Origin: Thermococci archaeon
Lineage (GTDB): Archaea > Methanobacteriota_B > Thermococci > Thermococcales > Thermococcaceae
Assembly (NCBI GenBank): GCA_013153595.1
Contig: JAADEC010000003.1
Location: 1-48,636, forward strand
Length of the DNA: 48,636 nt
Direction: 5' to 3'
The notes beneath the pieces were generated by a model. It worked only from the letters and a program-made list of their open reading frames with translations. It searched no databases and had not been told where the DNA came from. Positions 9,192 through 18,758 of this stretch are shown piece by piece. Position 1 is the first letter of the stretch; each line of letters opens with the position of its first letter. The position numbers were made by a program, and so were the translations under genes.

Positions 9192-10103
9192 GATGGATCT
9201 GTACCCACTTCCATCGGGCTTCACCATTGTGGAGAACCTGTTGCCGAGCTTTCTATCATTTATATCCCTGAAGGGTTTGAAGTGCTCCAGCATTATCCTG
9301 TCGAAGTACTGACCCAACTCTATCATCTTGTACCCTGCGTTGTCCCTGCCCGTCAGGAACACCCAGGTTATGTAGCCAACGCCGGGCAGTCTGCCAACTA
9401 TGGTCTCGTAGCTGGAGTAGGTCTCCAGAACTCTGTCCGGGAAGTGCCGGGATATCCCGACTATGGCGCTCTCGTAGACGTCCACATCTATGGTGGCCGA
9501 AAAGCCCACTATGATGCCCCTCTCAATCAGTCTGGATATCATGTAGTTGACCGTGGGTCTCGTCTTGTTGAGGGTGGCGGCTATCTTCGATATGGGTGTT
9601 CTGGCGTCGATTTTCAGCATGTCCATGAGCCTCGCGTAGTCATAGCTCAGGTCCCACCGCCCGAACTTCGGTTCTTCCTTGCTCTTTATTGACCGCACAG
9701 GGTGGAACTCGTACCTACCGGTGTATCTTGACAGCAGCTCCTCCACGTATTTTCTCTGCTCAACGGGAACGTGTATGACGAGTGACAAACCGTTTATACC
9801 TCCGAACACGGAATTCATGTAAACAACGAAAGGGTTCCTCTCCAGCTCGGCAATTGCCCGTACCATATCCTCACCGCTGATGCCGAGGAACGCGACGTAG
9901 CTGTCCAGCCCTATCTTGACTATGTTGTACTCGGCACTCACAAGAACGTCCCTGCCGTAATGGGCCATGTAGATCTTTCTGAGCTTTGAATAGCTTATGT
10001 TCTCAAGCTCTGCTATCCTTGAAAGGCTCTCAATTGGATGCCGCTCAAGAATCTCGGTGAGCAGTTTTATACTCTCCATATCCTCTTCGGCCATTTCTGA
10101 CAC
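9177..10103 (-). CDS. Lrp/AsnC-family transcriptional regulator, tandem double-domain form
   Basis: Two HTH-like segments (ESLSRIAELENISYSKL; LKIDARTPISKIAATLNKTRPTVNYMISRLIERGII); 308 aa. Confidence 0.78.
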   Translation of the reverse strand: MSEMAEEDMESIKLLTEILERHPIESLSRIAELENISYSKLRKIYMAHYGRDVLVSAEYNIVKIGLDSYVAFLGISGEDMVRAIAELERNPFVVYMNSVFGGINGLSLVIHVPVEQRKYVEELLSRYTGRYEFHPVRSIKSKEEPKFGRWDLSYDYARLMDMLKIDARTPISKIAATLNKTRPTVNYMISRLIERGIIVGFSATIDVDVYESAIVGISRHFPDRVLETYSSYETIVGRLPGVGYITWVFLTGRDNAGYKMIELGQYFDRIMLEHFKPFRDINDRKLGNRFSTMVKPDGSGYRSILEFI

Positions 10104-10152
10104 GAAAAAGTTAAATCACACCTTGTATTAAACATTTTCCGGTGGTGGGATC

Positions 10153-10641
10153 ATGGTGAAGATAGAGGTCATAGACATAGAGAAACCCGCCGGAGCGGAG
10201 GTCATCGTGGGTCAGGGTAACTTCTCGATATTCACGGTCGATGACCTGGCGAAGACCCTGCTGACGACCGTCCCGGGAATCAAATTCGGAATCGGAATGA
10301 ACGAAGCAAAGCCCCAGCTCACAAGGTACACAGGAAACGACAGAGAACTTGAAGAGATAGCGGCGAAGAACGCCCTCAGGATAGGAGCCGGGCATGTTTT
10401 CGTCATCGTGATGAAAAACGCGTTTCCAATAAACGTCCTGAACGCCGTCAAGATGCACCCCGCGGTGACGATGGTCTACGGAGCCAGCGAAAACCCGTTT
10501 CAGGTCATAGTGGCTGAGACTGAACTCGGCAGGAGCGTCCTTGGAGTGGTGGATGGAAAGGCGGCCACGAAGATCGAAAACGAAGAGGAAAGGGCAAAAC
10601 GCAGGGAAACCGTCAAGGAGATAGGGTACAGAGTTGATTGA
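10153..10641 (+). CDS. DUF355 / adenosine-specific kinase family protein
   Basis: [43 protein letters not shown] and [10 protein letters not shown] motifs. Confidence 0.85.
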   Translation: MVKIEVIDIEKPAGAEVIVGQGNFSIFTVDDLAKTLLTTVPGIKFGIGMNEAKPQLTRYTGNDRELEEIAAKNALRIGAGHVFVIVMKNAFPINVLNAVKMHPAVTMVYGASENPFQVIVAETELGRSVLGVVDGKAATKIENEEERAKRRETVKEIGYRVD

Positions 10642-10660
10642 GATGCCAGAAAGCTCATAC

Positions 10661-11215
10661 ATGGAAATCACGTTCATAACCTCAAACGCCGGAAAGGTGC
10701 GGGAGGCCGCTAATTACTTAGAACCGCTCGGTGTGAGGGTGGTTCAGCGGCACGTCCCATACCCCGAGATACAGGCCGACACACTGGAGGAGGTCGCGAG
10801 GTACGGGGTGGAATGGCTGAGCAGGAGGATCGACGGGAACTTCTTCATCGAGGACTCAGGTCTCTTCATAAACGCCCTCAGCGGTTTTCCCGGAGTTTAC
10901 TCGGCCTACGTTTACAGGACCGTGGGGCTGAAGGGCGTGCTCAAGCTGATGGAGGACTCAGACGACAGGAGGGCCAGCTTCAGAAGCGTTATAGCTTACT
11001 GGGACGGCGAGCCACACGTCTTCAAAGGTGAGGTCAGGGGCGAGATAACCCGGGAACTCAGGGGGTCAGGAGGGTTCGGCTTTGATCCGATCTTCAAACC
11101 CGAAGGTTTCTCAAAAACGTTTGCAGAGATGTCGGTTGAAGAAAAGAACAGAGTATCCCACAGAGGGGCGGCCCTGAGACTGTTCTGCAGGTGGTTAAAG
11201 GAAAACCTTAAATAA
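10661..11215 (+). CDS. non-canonical purine NTP (XTP/dITP) pyrophosphatase, Ham1 family
   Basis: [32 protein letters not shown] and KNRVSHRG motifs. Confidence 0.95.
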   Translation: MEITFITSNAGKVREAANYLEPLGVRVVQRHVPYPEIQADTLEEVARYGVEWLSRRIDGNFFIEDSGLFINALSGFPGVYSAYVYRTVGLKGVLKLMEDSDDRRASFRSVIAYWDGEPHVFKGEVRGEITRELRGSGGFGFDPIFKPEGFSKTFAEMSVEEKNRVSHRGAALRLFCRWLKENLK

Positions 11216-11272
11216 TTTGAATAATCAGAATTAGCACAAAACTGTGTTTAAATTGAACATAAGACGAAGACG

Positions 11273-11734
11273 GTGGTAGAGGTGGGAAGTTATTTGGACT
11301 CAATAGACGTTAGACTGCTGGAGGAGCTGAGCAGGAACTCACGTGAGAACATAGCGTCCCTCAGCAAAAAACTCGGCATACCAAGGACGACCGTCCACTA
11401 CAGGATAAGGAAGCTCATAGACGAGGGGGTCATCGAGAAGTTCACGATAAAACCCGACTACAAGAAGCTGAACCTCGGCACAACGGCGTTCATCCTCGCA
11501 CGCTACGATCCTGAGTCTGGTGTTGGGCAGAGGGAGGTGGCCCAGCGTGTGGCCGCCCTCGACGGTGTGTACGAGGTCCACATAATAGCGGGTGAGTGGG
11601 ACCTGCTCATAAAGGTCAGGGCGGCAACCGCAGAGGACGTTGGAAAGATAGTGGTCGACAGGCTCAGGGACATAAAGGGTATAGGCCAGACCGTTACGAT
11701 GGTATCCTTCGTCACCGTGAAGGAGGATCCATGA
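11273..11734 (+). CDS. Lrp/AsnC-family transcriptional regulator
   Basis: LDSIDVRLLEELSRNSR...TTVHYRIRKLIDEGVI HTH followed by a RAM domain (EVHIIAGEWDLLIKV); exact start uncertain. Confidence 0.92.
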   Translation: MVEVGSYLDSIDVRLLEELSRNSRENIASLSKKLGIPRTTVHYRIRKLIDEGVIEKFTIKPDYKKLNLGTTAFILARYDPESGVGQREVAQRVAALDGVYEVHIIAGEWDLLIKVRAATAEDVGKIVVDRLRDIKGIGQTVTMVSFVTVKEDP

Positions 11735-11753
11735 GCCCGTAAGGGCTTGAGAA

Positions 11754-11817
11754 GGGGCCATGATTGGCGTTCTCCTTTCTGACATCATCGATGATGAAGC
11801 GAGGTTAAATGAGCCCC
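11754..11817 (+). ncRNA. candidate C/D-box methylation guide sRNA
   Basis: GGGGC...GCCCC terminal stem enclosing C-like ATGATTG (11760-66), 12-nt guide, CTGA (11779-82), ATGATGA (11791-97), 11-nt guide and D-like ATGA (11809-12); fully intergenic. Confidence 0.55.
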
Positions 11818-11827
11818 GTCGGTGGTC

Positions 11828-12661
11828 ATGGTGAACCTGCTCAAGGTCTACGTTCCAGGGCGCAACTTTCCGTCCGTATCTGTTACGGGCCGTTCGTGCC
11901 ACCTGAACTGTGCACACTGCGGCAGACACTACCTGCGAGGCATGGTGGACGCAAGACGCTCGCTTAAGGAGGCATGCCTGAAACCCGGTGTGAACGGCTG
12001 CCTGATAAGCGGCGGTCTGGATGGACGGCTGAAGGTCCCGGTGGACAGGTACAGGGACGAACTCATGGAGCTCAAAAGGGAGGGCTTGAAGATAAACGCC
12101 CACGTGGGCTTCGTGGATGAGTCAGATCTGGAGTGGCTCAGGTACGTTGACGTCGTGTCCCTTGACTTCGTGGGAGATGATGGGGTCATAAGAAGGGTCT
12201 ACGGAATTGAGAAAACCGTGAGGGACTACCTGGACATCATGGATCTCCTCATATCCGAGAACATCCGGGTGGCCCCGCACGTCACGGTGGGTCTGGACTT
12301 TGGAAGGATATGGTGGGAGAAGCCGGCCCTGGAGATTCTGAGCTCCTATGAGCCCGACGTGAAGATAGTCGTGCTTGACTTTCTGATACCCACGAAAGGA
12401 ACCGTCATGTGGAGGGCTGGAGTACGGGAGCCCTCCCTCGATGAGAGCCTCGATGTGGTGAGGTACGCGAGGGACACGTTCGGGGGAGAGCTGAGCGTTG
12501 GATGCATGAGGCCCCGCGGTCCATGGAGGAGAGAGTTCGATTCAAGAGCTGTGGAGATGGGGATAGACAGAATAACCAACCCACCTAAGAGCGTGGTTAG
12601 GCGGGCCCAGGAGGAGCTTGGGAAGGAGATTAAGCTGTTTAAAGAATGCTGCGTTATGTGA
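11828..12661 (+). CDS. lipS1: radical SAM protein, LipS1-type lipoyl synthase subunit (biotin-synthase-like)
   Basis: CHLNCAHC (CxxxCxxC), LISGG, plus the GCMR motif and C-terminal CC (ECCVM) described for Thermococcus LipS1. Confidence 0.78.
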   Translation: MVNLLKVYVPGRNFPSVSVTGRSCHLNCAHCGRHYLRGMVDARRSLKEACLKPGVNGCLISGGLDGRLKVPVDRYRDELMELKREGLKINAHVGFVDESDLEWLRYVDVVSLDFVGDDGVIRRVYGIEKTVRDYLDIMDLLISENIRVAPHVTVGLDFGRIWWEKPALEILSSYEPDVKIVVLDFLIPTKGTVMWRAGVREPSLDESLDVVRYARDTFGGELSVGCMRPRGPWRREFDSRAVEMGIDRITNPPKSVVRRAQEELGKEIKLFKECCVM

Positions 12662-12675
12662 ATGGAGGTGGTTGA

Positions 12676-13281
12676 ATGCCGTACCTCTTAATCGAACACC
12701 TCGAAGAGATCAGCGACTGGCTTCTGCTCGAGTACAGACACGTCGCCGAATGGTGGGGGGACAGGTTGGTGTTCACCAACGTTCCGGAGGAGGACAGAAA
12801 AAGGCTCGCGGAGCTTGGGAGTGTTCTGAAGGACAGCGTCGTTGACTTCCCGTTCGACAGGTCAGAGATGATAGTCCTCGACCCCCAAGCTGAGGAAGAG
12901 CTCAGACCCGAGGAGATAGGAGACAGAACCCTGATAGTGGTGGGCGGCATACTCGGGGACGCCGTGCCGCGGGGAAGAACGAAGAAGTTCATAACTTCCA
13001 GGATGAAGGGCGTCAGGGTAAGGAACATAGGCAGGCCCCAGTACTCAATAGATGGAGCCGCCATAGTGGCCAAGCTCATAGCCGAGGGCGCAGGGGTCTC
13101 CGACATAGACTACGAGGAAAATCCAACGATAAAGCTGGACGAGTTCAGCGAGATAACGTTCCACTACGCCGTGCCGAGGGTAAACGGTGAGCTGCTCCTG
13201 ACTCCTGGACTGCTGGAACTGCAGAGGCGGGAGCTGGGGTACTGCGATGAAGACGGGTACGAGGACCCGTCAGGGGACTGA
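12676..13281 (+). CDS. SPOUT-class SAM-dependent methyltransferase (Sfm1/DUF431-like)
   Basis: IEHLEEISDWLLLEY, VLDPQAEEEL, VGGILGD..PRGRT and IGRPQYSIDGA motifs. Confidence 0.8.
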   Translation: MPYLLIEHLEEISDWLLLEYRHVAEWWGDRLVFTNVPEEDRKRLAELGSVLKDSVVDFPFDRSEMIVLDPQAEEELRPEEIGDRTLIVVGGILGDAVPRGRTKKFITSRMKGVRVRNIGRPQYSIDGAAIVAKLIAEGAGVSDIDYEENPTIKLDEFSEITFHYAVPRVNGELLLTPGLLELQRRELGYCDEDGYEDPSGD

Positions 13282-13301
13282 GACCTTGTGGACCCAACCA
13301 G

Positions 13302-14612
13302 TCATGAGTTCGAATTCAGCCGCCCCCCGATGAATCCCGCCACCTCTTCAAGCCCTACCTTAAACTGCTCACCGCTCTCCATGTCCCTCACCGTTACCTT
13401 CCCCTGCGGGAGGTCCCTCCGACCCACTATAACGACGTACGGGATTCCCATTCTGCCCGCATGGTCAAGTGCCTTCCTCAGCTTCCGTCCGAGCAGTTCA
13501 ACGTCGGCCTTTATTCCTTTCCTCCTGAGGGATGAAACGACCTTAAAGGCGGCCTTTTTAACCTCCCATTCATCTCCAACGGGCACGACGTAAACCGCGG
13601 GGGCTGGATCGAACTCAGGCAGGAGGTTCCTCGATTCAAGTATGGGTATCAGCCTCTCAACGCCTATGGCAAACCCCGTGGCGGGCGTGGGCTTCCCCCC
13701 GAAGAGACTTATCAGGTTGTCGTACCTTCCGCCCCCTCCGATGGAGCCTATACCCAGATCGTTCGGGGCAACCGCCTCAAAGACCACGCCGGTGTAGTAG
13801 TCAAAGCCCCTCGCGATTCCGAGGTTTATCCTCACCCACTCGGCCGTACCCGCGGACTCAACAAGCTCCATCAGCTCGTAGAGCCTTGATATCTCAGACG
13901 AAGCTCTCTCGCTCTGGAAAAGATCCTCCGCAATGGGAAGAACATCGTCGGGTCTGCCCCGGATCTCTGTGAGCTGTACGACCTTTTCAACACATCCGTC
14001 ACTCAGTCCAAAATCTTTCAGGGCTTTAACGAACTCCTCGTGATCCATCTTGTCCCGTTTGTCTATCAGCCTCATGAGGCCCACGGTGTCCCTGACTCCT
14101 ATCATGAGGGCGAACTCGTCGAGCAGCGTCCTGTCCCCGACCTCCACGCTGAAATCCTTCAAACCGGTTGCCAGATAGCTCTCCACGAAAAGGTTTATCA
14201 CCTCGGCATCGCCCTCAACACCCGCACTGCCTATTAGCTCCACCCCGGCCTGCCAGAACTCCCTGAAGCGGCCGCTCTGGGGCTCCTCGTATCTGAACAT
14301 GTTGGCTATGTAGTACCACTTAACCGGCTTGGGGGCGTTCTGGTACCTGTTCACGAACAGTCTGGCAACGCTCGAAGTCATGTCCGGGCGAAGCGATACG
14401 TCCCTGCCGCCTTTGTCCTTGAAAGCGTAGAGCTGATTGACGACGTCCTCACCGCTCCTCAGCCTGAAGAGATCCGTGTACTCAAAAGTCGGTGTGAGGA
14501 TCTCACTGAAGGAGTACCGCTCAAAGACGTCCCTCAGCCGATCGAAGACCCATCTCCTCCTGAACATATCGGCGGGGGTCAGATCCCTCGTCCCCTTAAC
14601 CCTCTCTATCAT
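13302..14612 (-). CDS. hisS: histidine--tRNA ligase
   Basis: VKGTRD, TPTFE, LRPDMT, FRYEEPQSGRFREFWQ, RGFDYYTG, GGGRYD and GFAIGVERL motifs. Confidence 0.97.
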   Translation of the reverse strand: MIERVKGTRDLTPADMFRRRWVFDRLRDVFERYSFSEILTPTFEYTDLFRLRSGEDVVNQLYAFKDKGGRDVSLRPDMTSSVARLFVNRYQNAPKPVKWYYIANMFRYEEPQSGRFREFWQAGVELIGSAGVEGDAEVINLFVESYLATGLKDFSVEVGDRTLLDEFALMIGVRDTVGLMRLIDKRDKMDHEEFVKALKDFGLSDGCVEKVVQLTEIRGRPDDVLPIAEDLFQSERASSEISRLYELMELVESAGTAEWVRINLGIARGFDYYTGVVFEAVAPNDLGIGSIGGGGRYDNLISLFGGKPTPATGFAIGVERLIPILESRNLLPEFDPAPAVYVVPVGDEWEVKKAAFKVVSSLRRKGIKADVELLGRKLRKALDHAGRMGIPYVVIVGRRDLPQGKVTVRDMESGEQFKVGLEEVAGFIGGRLNSNS

Positions 14613-14683
14613 CTCCTCATCGCCACACTAAGGGCGAACGTAGGGTTTTTAAAGGGTTCGGGATAGACCTGAGCAAGGGAAAT

Positions 14684-16135
14684 ATGGTCAAGGATTCTGA
14701 ATTCGACGTCGTCATAATAGGAGCAGGACCGGCGGGTCTTTTTGCCGCCTACGAGCTCACGGAAAGGTCGAAGCTGAGGGTTCTCGTGGTGGACGAAGGA
14801 GGGGACGTTAAGGACAGAACGTGCCCCATGTTCGAGCTCGGCTACTGTATCGGCTGCAAGCCATGCCACATAATGAGCGGTGTCGGAGGTGCGGGAGGGC
14901 TGAGCGACGGAACCATAAACCTCAGACCCGACATAGGCGGAGACCTCAGGGAGCTCACCGGAGACGAGAACTATGCGTGGCAGCTGGTCTGGGAAGTGGA
15001 CAGGATATTCCTGAGACACGGTGCTCCCGAGAACATATACAGGGGAGACCCTGACGAGATAAGGAGATGGGAGAGGAAGGCCGCCCAGGCAGGGGTAAGG
15101 TTCATACCGATAATCCAGCGGCACATCGGTTCGGACCACACGCCGGAGGTTATATCGAGCATCAAGAAGCACCTTGAGGATCGGGGCGTCAGGTTCCTTC
15201 TCTGGACGAAGGTCATAGACTTCAACAGGGGCCTGGTGAGGGCCAAGAGGGGAAGCAAGACGTTCGAGATAAGGGCCAGGTACATAATAGTGGCCCCTGG
15301 AAGGGGTGGAGCCGACTGGTTCCACGAGATCGCTAAGAGGATAGGGCTTAAGGCGAGGCACGGACCGATTGACGTCGGCGTTCGCGTCGAGGTTCCCGCG
15401 ATAGTCATGGAGCCTATAACGAACATAAACCATGACCCCAAGTTCCACATCTACACCGACACCTACGACGACTTCGTGAGGACGTTCTGCACCAACCCGA
15501 ACGGCTTCGTGGTCGAGGAGCGCTACGACGGCTACGTCGGTGTAAACGGCCACTCCATGAGGGACAGGAAGAGCAACAACACCAACTTCGCATTCCTGAG
15601 CAGGATAGAGCTTACGGAGCCTGTTGAAGACACGACAGCGTACGGAAAGAGCATAGCCCAGCTGGCCACAACCATAGGTGGCGGAAAGCCGATAATACAG
15701 AGGCTCGGGGACCTCAGGAGGGGGCGGAGAAGCACCTGGGCAAGGATAAGGAAGAGCAGTGTCGAACCGACCCTGAAGCACGTCACACCGGGGGACATAG
15801 CCATGGCGCTTCCCCACAGGGTGGTCACGAACCTCCTCGAGGGACTTGAGAAGCTTGACAGGGTTCTTCCGGGTGTGGCGAGCGACCACACGCTCCTCTA
15901 CGCACCTGAGATAAAGTACTACTCCATGAGGGTCGAGGTCAAGGAGGACCTCGAAACGAGCATAGAGAACATATTCGCGGCGGGAGACGGGGCGGGACTG
16001 AGCAGGGATATAGTCAACGCCGCCGCCACGGGCATACTCGCCGCCCGCGGGATACTAAAGAAGGAGGGCCTCTACACCGAGAAGGACTTCAGGCTGAAGG
16101 GGAACTGGAGGAAGAAGATAGAGGAGCTTGAATGA
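14684..16135 (+). CDS. uncharacterized NAD(P)/FAD-dependent oxidoreductase (COG2509-like)
   Basis: IIGAGPAG, GVGGAGGLSDG, VRTFCTNPNG, VNGHS, PEIKYYS and FAAGDGAG motifs; Cys cluster CPMFELGYCIGCKPC. Confidence 0.85.
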   Translation: MVKDSEFDVVIIGAGPAGLFAAYELTERSKLRVLVVDEGGDVKDRTCPMFELGYCIGCKPCHIMSGVGGAGGLSDGTINLRPDIGGDLRELTGDENYAWQLVWEVDRIFLRHGAPENIYRGDPDEIRRWERKAAQAGVRFIPIIQRHIGSDHTPEVISSIKKHLEDRGVRFLLWTKVIDFNRGLVRAKRGSKTFEIRARYIIVAPGRGGADWFHEIAKRIGLKARHGPIDVGVRVEVPAIVMEPITNINHDPKFHIYTDTYDDFVRTFCTNPNGFVVEERYDGYVGVNGHSMRDRKSNNTNFAFLSRIELTEPVEDTTAYGKSIAQLATTIGGGKPIIQRLGDLRRGRRSTWARIRKSSVEPTLKHVTPGDIAMALPHRVVTNLLEGLEKLDRVLPGVASDHTLLYAPEIKYYSMRVEVKEDLETSIENIFAAGDGAGLSRDIVNAAATGILAARGILKKEGLYTEKDFRLKGNWRKKIEELE

Positions 16136-16183
16136 GCAACGAGAAGGAAGGTAACGAAAAAGAGGAAAACCGACGGCCGACGG

Positions 16184-17179
16184 TCACTCCTCCGCCTTCG
16201 GAAGCGTGACCTCGACTCCCAGAACCTTCCACATCTCTTTTATTTGATTTCTGAGCTCCTCCATTGCCTCTGGTCTCTTGAACAGGTGCTTGAAGCGTCC
16301 CTGCATCTTCAGGTACTCCTCTATTGGCTTCTTGAACTCTATGGCGACGACCTTTCCGCCCTCGCGCTTGACCTTGGCCCCTCCTCCAGGGCTCTGGATC
16401 TTTATGTGGTTGAAGTCACCGTTCTCGATTTCGAAGAGCGGCCACACCCCTGTCTCTATGGCGAGCTTCGCCAGCTCCACGCTCTTCTCAATCGGGCTCT
16501 TCCAGCCCGTCGGACACGTACAGTGCATCTGTATGAAGGCCGGACCGTCAACCTTCGCCGCTTTCTTCACTTTCTTCACGAGGTCAAACGGGTTGCCTAT
16601 GCTCGCGGTTGCGACGTACGGAACTTGGTGGGCAGCCGCTATGAGCGCGACCCACTTCTTCGGCTTGTCCTCACCAACGGAGTACTTGCCGGGCGGGCTG
16701 GTGGTTGTCCAGGCTCCGTAGGGAGTGGAGCTTGAGCGCTGAATCCCCGTGTTCATGTAGGCCTCGTTGTCGTACATCACGTAGACGACGTTGTGCCTCC
16801 TCTCGAGCATTCCAGAGAGCGCCTGAAGTCCTATGTCGGCGGTGCCGCCGTCTCCTCCAAAGGCGAGGATCTTGCCCTTTATGCCCTTCTTCTTCCACGC
16901 GGCGTCTATTCCCGCGGCAACTGCCGCAGCGTTCTCGAAGGCGACGTGTATCCATGGAGCCTTCCAAGCGGTGTACGGGAAGACCGCCGAAACGACCTCC
17001 ATACATCCCGTTGCATGGGCTATGGCGAAGGCATCGGGGTCTCCGTACTTCTCCTCCATGGCCTCGCTGAAGGCTTTGGTAACGAGCCTCATACCCGTGG
17101 CACACCCGCAGCCCGCACAAGCGGCGTGACCCGGTGCCCAGTACTCGCGAGTAGTTATGGGAGGTTTCCTCACGGCCAT
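16184..17179 (-). CDS. porB: pyruvate:ferredoxin oxidoreductase beta subunit
   Basis: [13 protein letters not shown] motif [10 protein letters not shown]...[15 protein letters not shown]; position in the por/vor cluster. Confidence 0.93.
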   Translation of the reverse strand: MAVRKPPITTREYWAPGHAACAGCGCATGMRLVTKAFSEAMEEKYGDPDAFAIAHATGCMEVVSAVFPYTAWKAPWIHVAFENAAAVAAGIDAAWKKKGIKGKILAFGGDGGTADIGLQALSGMLERRHNVVYVMYDNEAYMNTGIQRSSSTPYGAWTTTSPPGKYSVGEDKPKKWVALIAAAHQVPYVATASIGNPFDLVKKVKKAAKVDGPAFIQMHCTCPTGWKSPIEKSVELAKLAIETGVWPLFEIENGDFNHIKIQSPGGGAKVKREGGKVVAIEFKKPIEEYLKMQGRFKHLFKRPEAMEELRNQIKEMWKVLGVEVTLPKAEE

Positions 17180-17189
17180 ACGAATCACC

Positions 17190-18374
17190 TCACAGTATCT
17201 CCTTCCTCAGTCCTATCCAGTTGACCTCATCAACCTTCTCTCCCCTCAGGGCCTTCTCGGCTATGCTGAGGGCCTCGTCAAGGTTCTGGAACGTAACGTC
17301 CCTGCCGCCGAGTCCGAGTATGAAGTCAACGAGCTTCGGCTTCTCATCCTCGTTAACGAGTGCCCTGCTGAAGTCCTGGAAGAGGGCACCTCCAACGCTG
17401 AACGTGATGTTCTTCTCAAGGAGGGCGATGACCTTGGCCTTCTTGGCCAGCTCGCGAACCTCTTCAACCGGGAACGGCCTGTAAACCGTCATCTTGGCGG
17501 CTCCGACCTTGATGCCCTTCTCCCTCGCGCGGTCGACGTAGTCCTTGACAGTTCCTGCGAGGGAGCCCATGGTGACGAGGATTATATCGGCGTCGTCGGT
17601 TCTGTACTCCTCAACCTTCTGGTACTTCCTTCCAAAGCGCTTCTCGAACTCGGCAAAGGCCTCGTCTATGACCTTTTTAGCGGCCTCGTTTGCCTTCCAG
17701 AGTAGGTAGCGGGTCTCCATGTAGTGGGCCGGGAAGGCTAAGGTGCCCTGTGTTATCGGGTTGTGCGGGTCTATGAAGGCGTGCTTCGGCTCGTACTCAC
17801 CGAGGAACTCATCGACGAGCTCCTGATCGGGGATCTCAACGGGTTCAACGGTGTGGGTCAGTATGAAGGCGTCGAAGCCGACCATGGCGGGCAGGAGAAC
17901 CTTCTCGTTCTCGGCGACCTTATAGGCTATGAGGATCAGGTCGAGGGCCTCCTGGTTGTTCTCGGCGTAGAATTGGAGCCATCCCGTGTCGCGCTCGCTT
18001 ATGGTGTCCTGCCAGTCGTTCCAGATGTTTATCGGAGCACTCAGAGAGCGATTTCCAATGGCAACGACGATGGGAAGGCGCATCCCTGCGGCGATGAAGA
18101 GGACCTCGTGCATGAGTGCCAGACCCTGGGACGCCGTTGCCGTGAAGGTTCTGACACCTGCCGCCGATGCACCAACGCAGGCAGAGATGGCAGAGTGCTC
18201 GCTCTCGACCTTTATGAACTCGGCATCGAGTTCGCCGTTGGCCACGAACTCACTTATCTTCTCCGGAACGAGCGTCGAAGGCGTAATTGGGAACGCCGCT
18301 ATGACCTTCGGCTTGGCGAGCTTCGCCGCCCAGGCGGCGGCCTCGTTGGCTTTCATAACGGTTCTAATCGGCAT
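17190..18374 (-). CDS. porA: pyruvate:ferredoxin oxidoreductase alpha subunit
   Basis: [22 protein letters not shown] and GLGGRD motifs. Confidence 0.93.
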   Translation of the reverse strand: MPIRTVMKANEAAAWAAKLAKPKVIAAFPITPSTLVPEKISEFVANGELDAEFIKVESEHSAISACVGASAAGVRTFTATASQGLALMHEVLFIAAGMRLPIVVAIGNRSLSAPINIWNDWQDTISERDTGWLQFYAENNQEALDLILIAYKVAENEKVLLPAMVGFDAFILTHTVEPVEIPDQELVDEFLGEYEPKHAFIDPHNPITQGTLAFPAHYMETRYLLWKANEAAKKVIDEAFAEFEKRFGRKYQKVEEYRTDDADIILVTMGSLAGTVKDYVDRAREKGIKVGAAKMTVYRPFPVEEVRELAKKAKVIALLEKNITFSVGGALFQDFSRALVNEDEKPKLVDFILGLGGRDVTFQNLDEALSIAEKALRGEKVDEVNWIGLRKEIL

Positions 18375-18384
18375 CTTCACCACC

Positions 18385-18702
18385 TCACTTCGTCTCCCTA
18401 ACCATGACTATGGCCTTGGTCGGGCATTCGTTCGCGCATATCCCGCAGCCCTTACAGTAGTCGTAGTCAAACACGGGGTAGTTCTCCTCGTCAAGGTATA
18501 TGGCAGGCTCCGGACAGTAGATGTAGCAGAGGAAGCAACGGACGCACTTGTCCTTGTTGAACTCTGGCATGAAGACTCTCCAGGAGCCAGTCTTGTTGAC
18601 CACGCTGCTTCCGGGTATAACTGCCACGGCACCGAGGGTCATTTTTTCGCTGTATTCCTTCTGAACACGCTCAATATCTTCTTTAAACGGACTTTCCGCC
18701 AT
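18385..18702 (-). CDS. porD: pyruvate:ferredoxin oxidoreductase delta subunit (2x[4Fe-4S])
   Basis: TGSWR, CVRCFLCYIYCP and CKGCGICANECP motifs. Confidence 0.93.
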   Translation of the reverse strand: MAESPFKEDIERVQKEYSEKMTLGAVAVIPGSSVVNKTGSWRVFMPEFNKDKCVRCFLCYIYCPEPAIYLDEENYPVFDYDYCKGCGICANECPTKAIVMVRETK

Positions 18703-18758
18703 ACGACCACCTCACATCTGTAAATCAACATCGGTAATCAGCTTAACCAAACGAAATA

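Noticed and set aside
14609-15889. Long antisense ORFs (426 aa here; also 1837-2892, 29069-29980, 42234-43409 and others)
   Set aside because: They shadow well-supported genes on the opposite strand, have no motifs, and are expected from GC-rich codon bias
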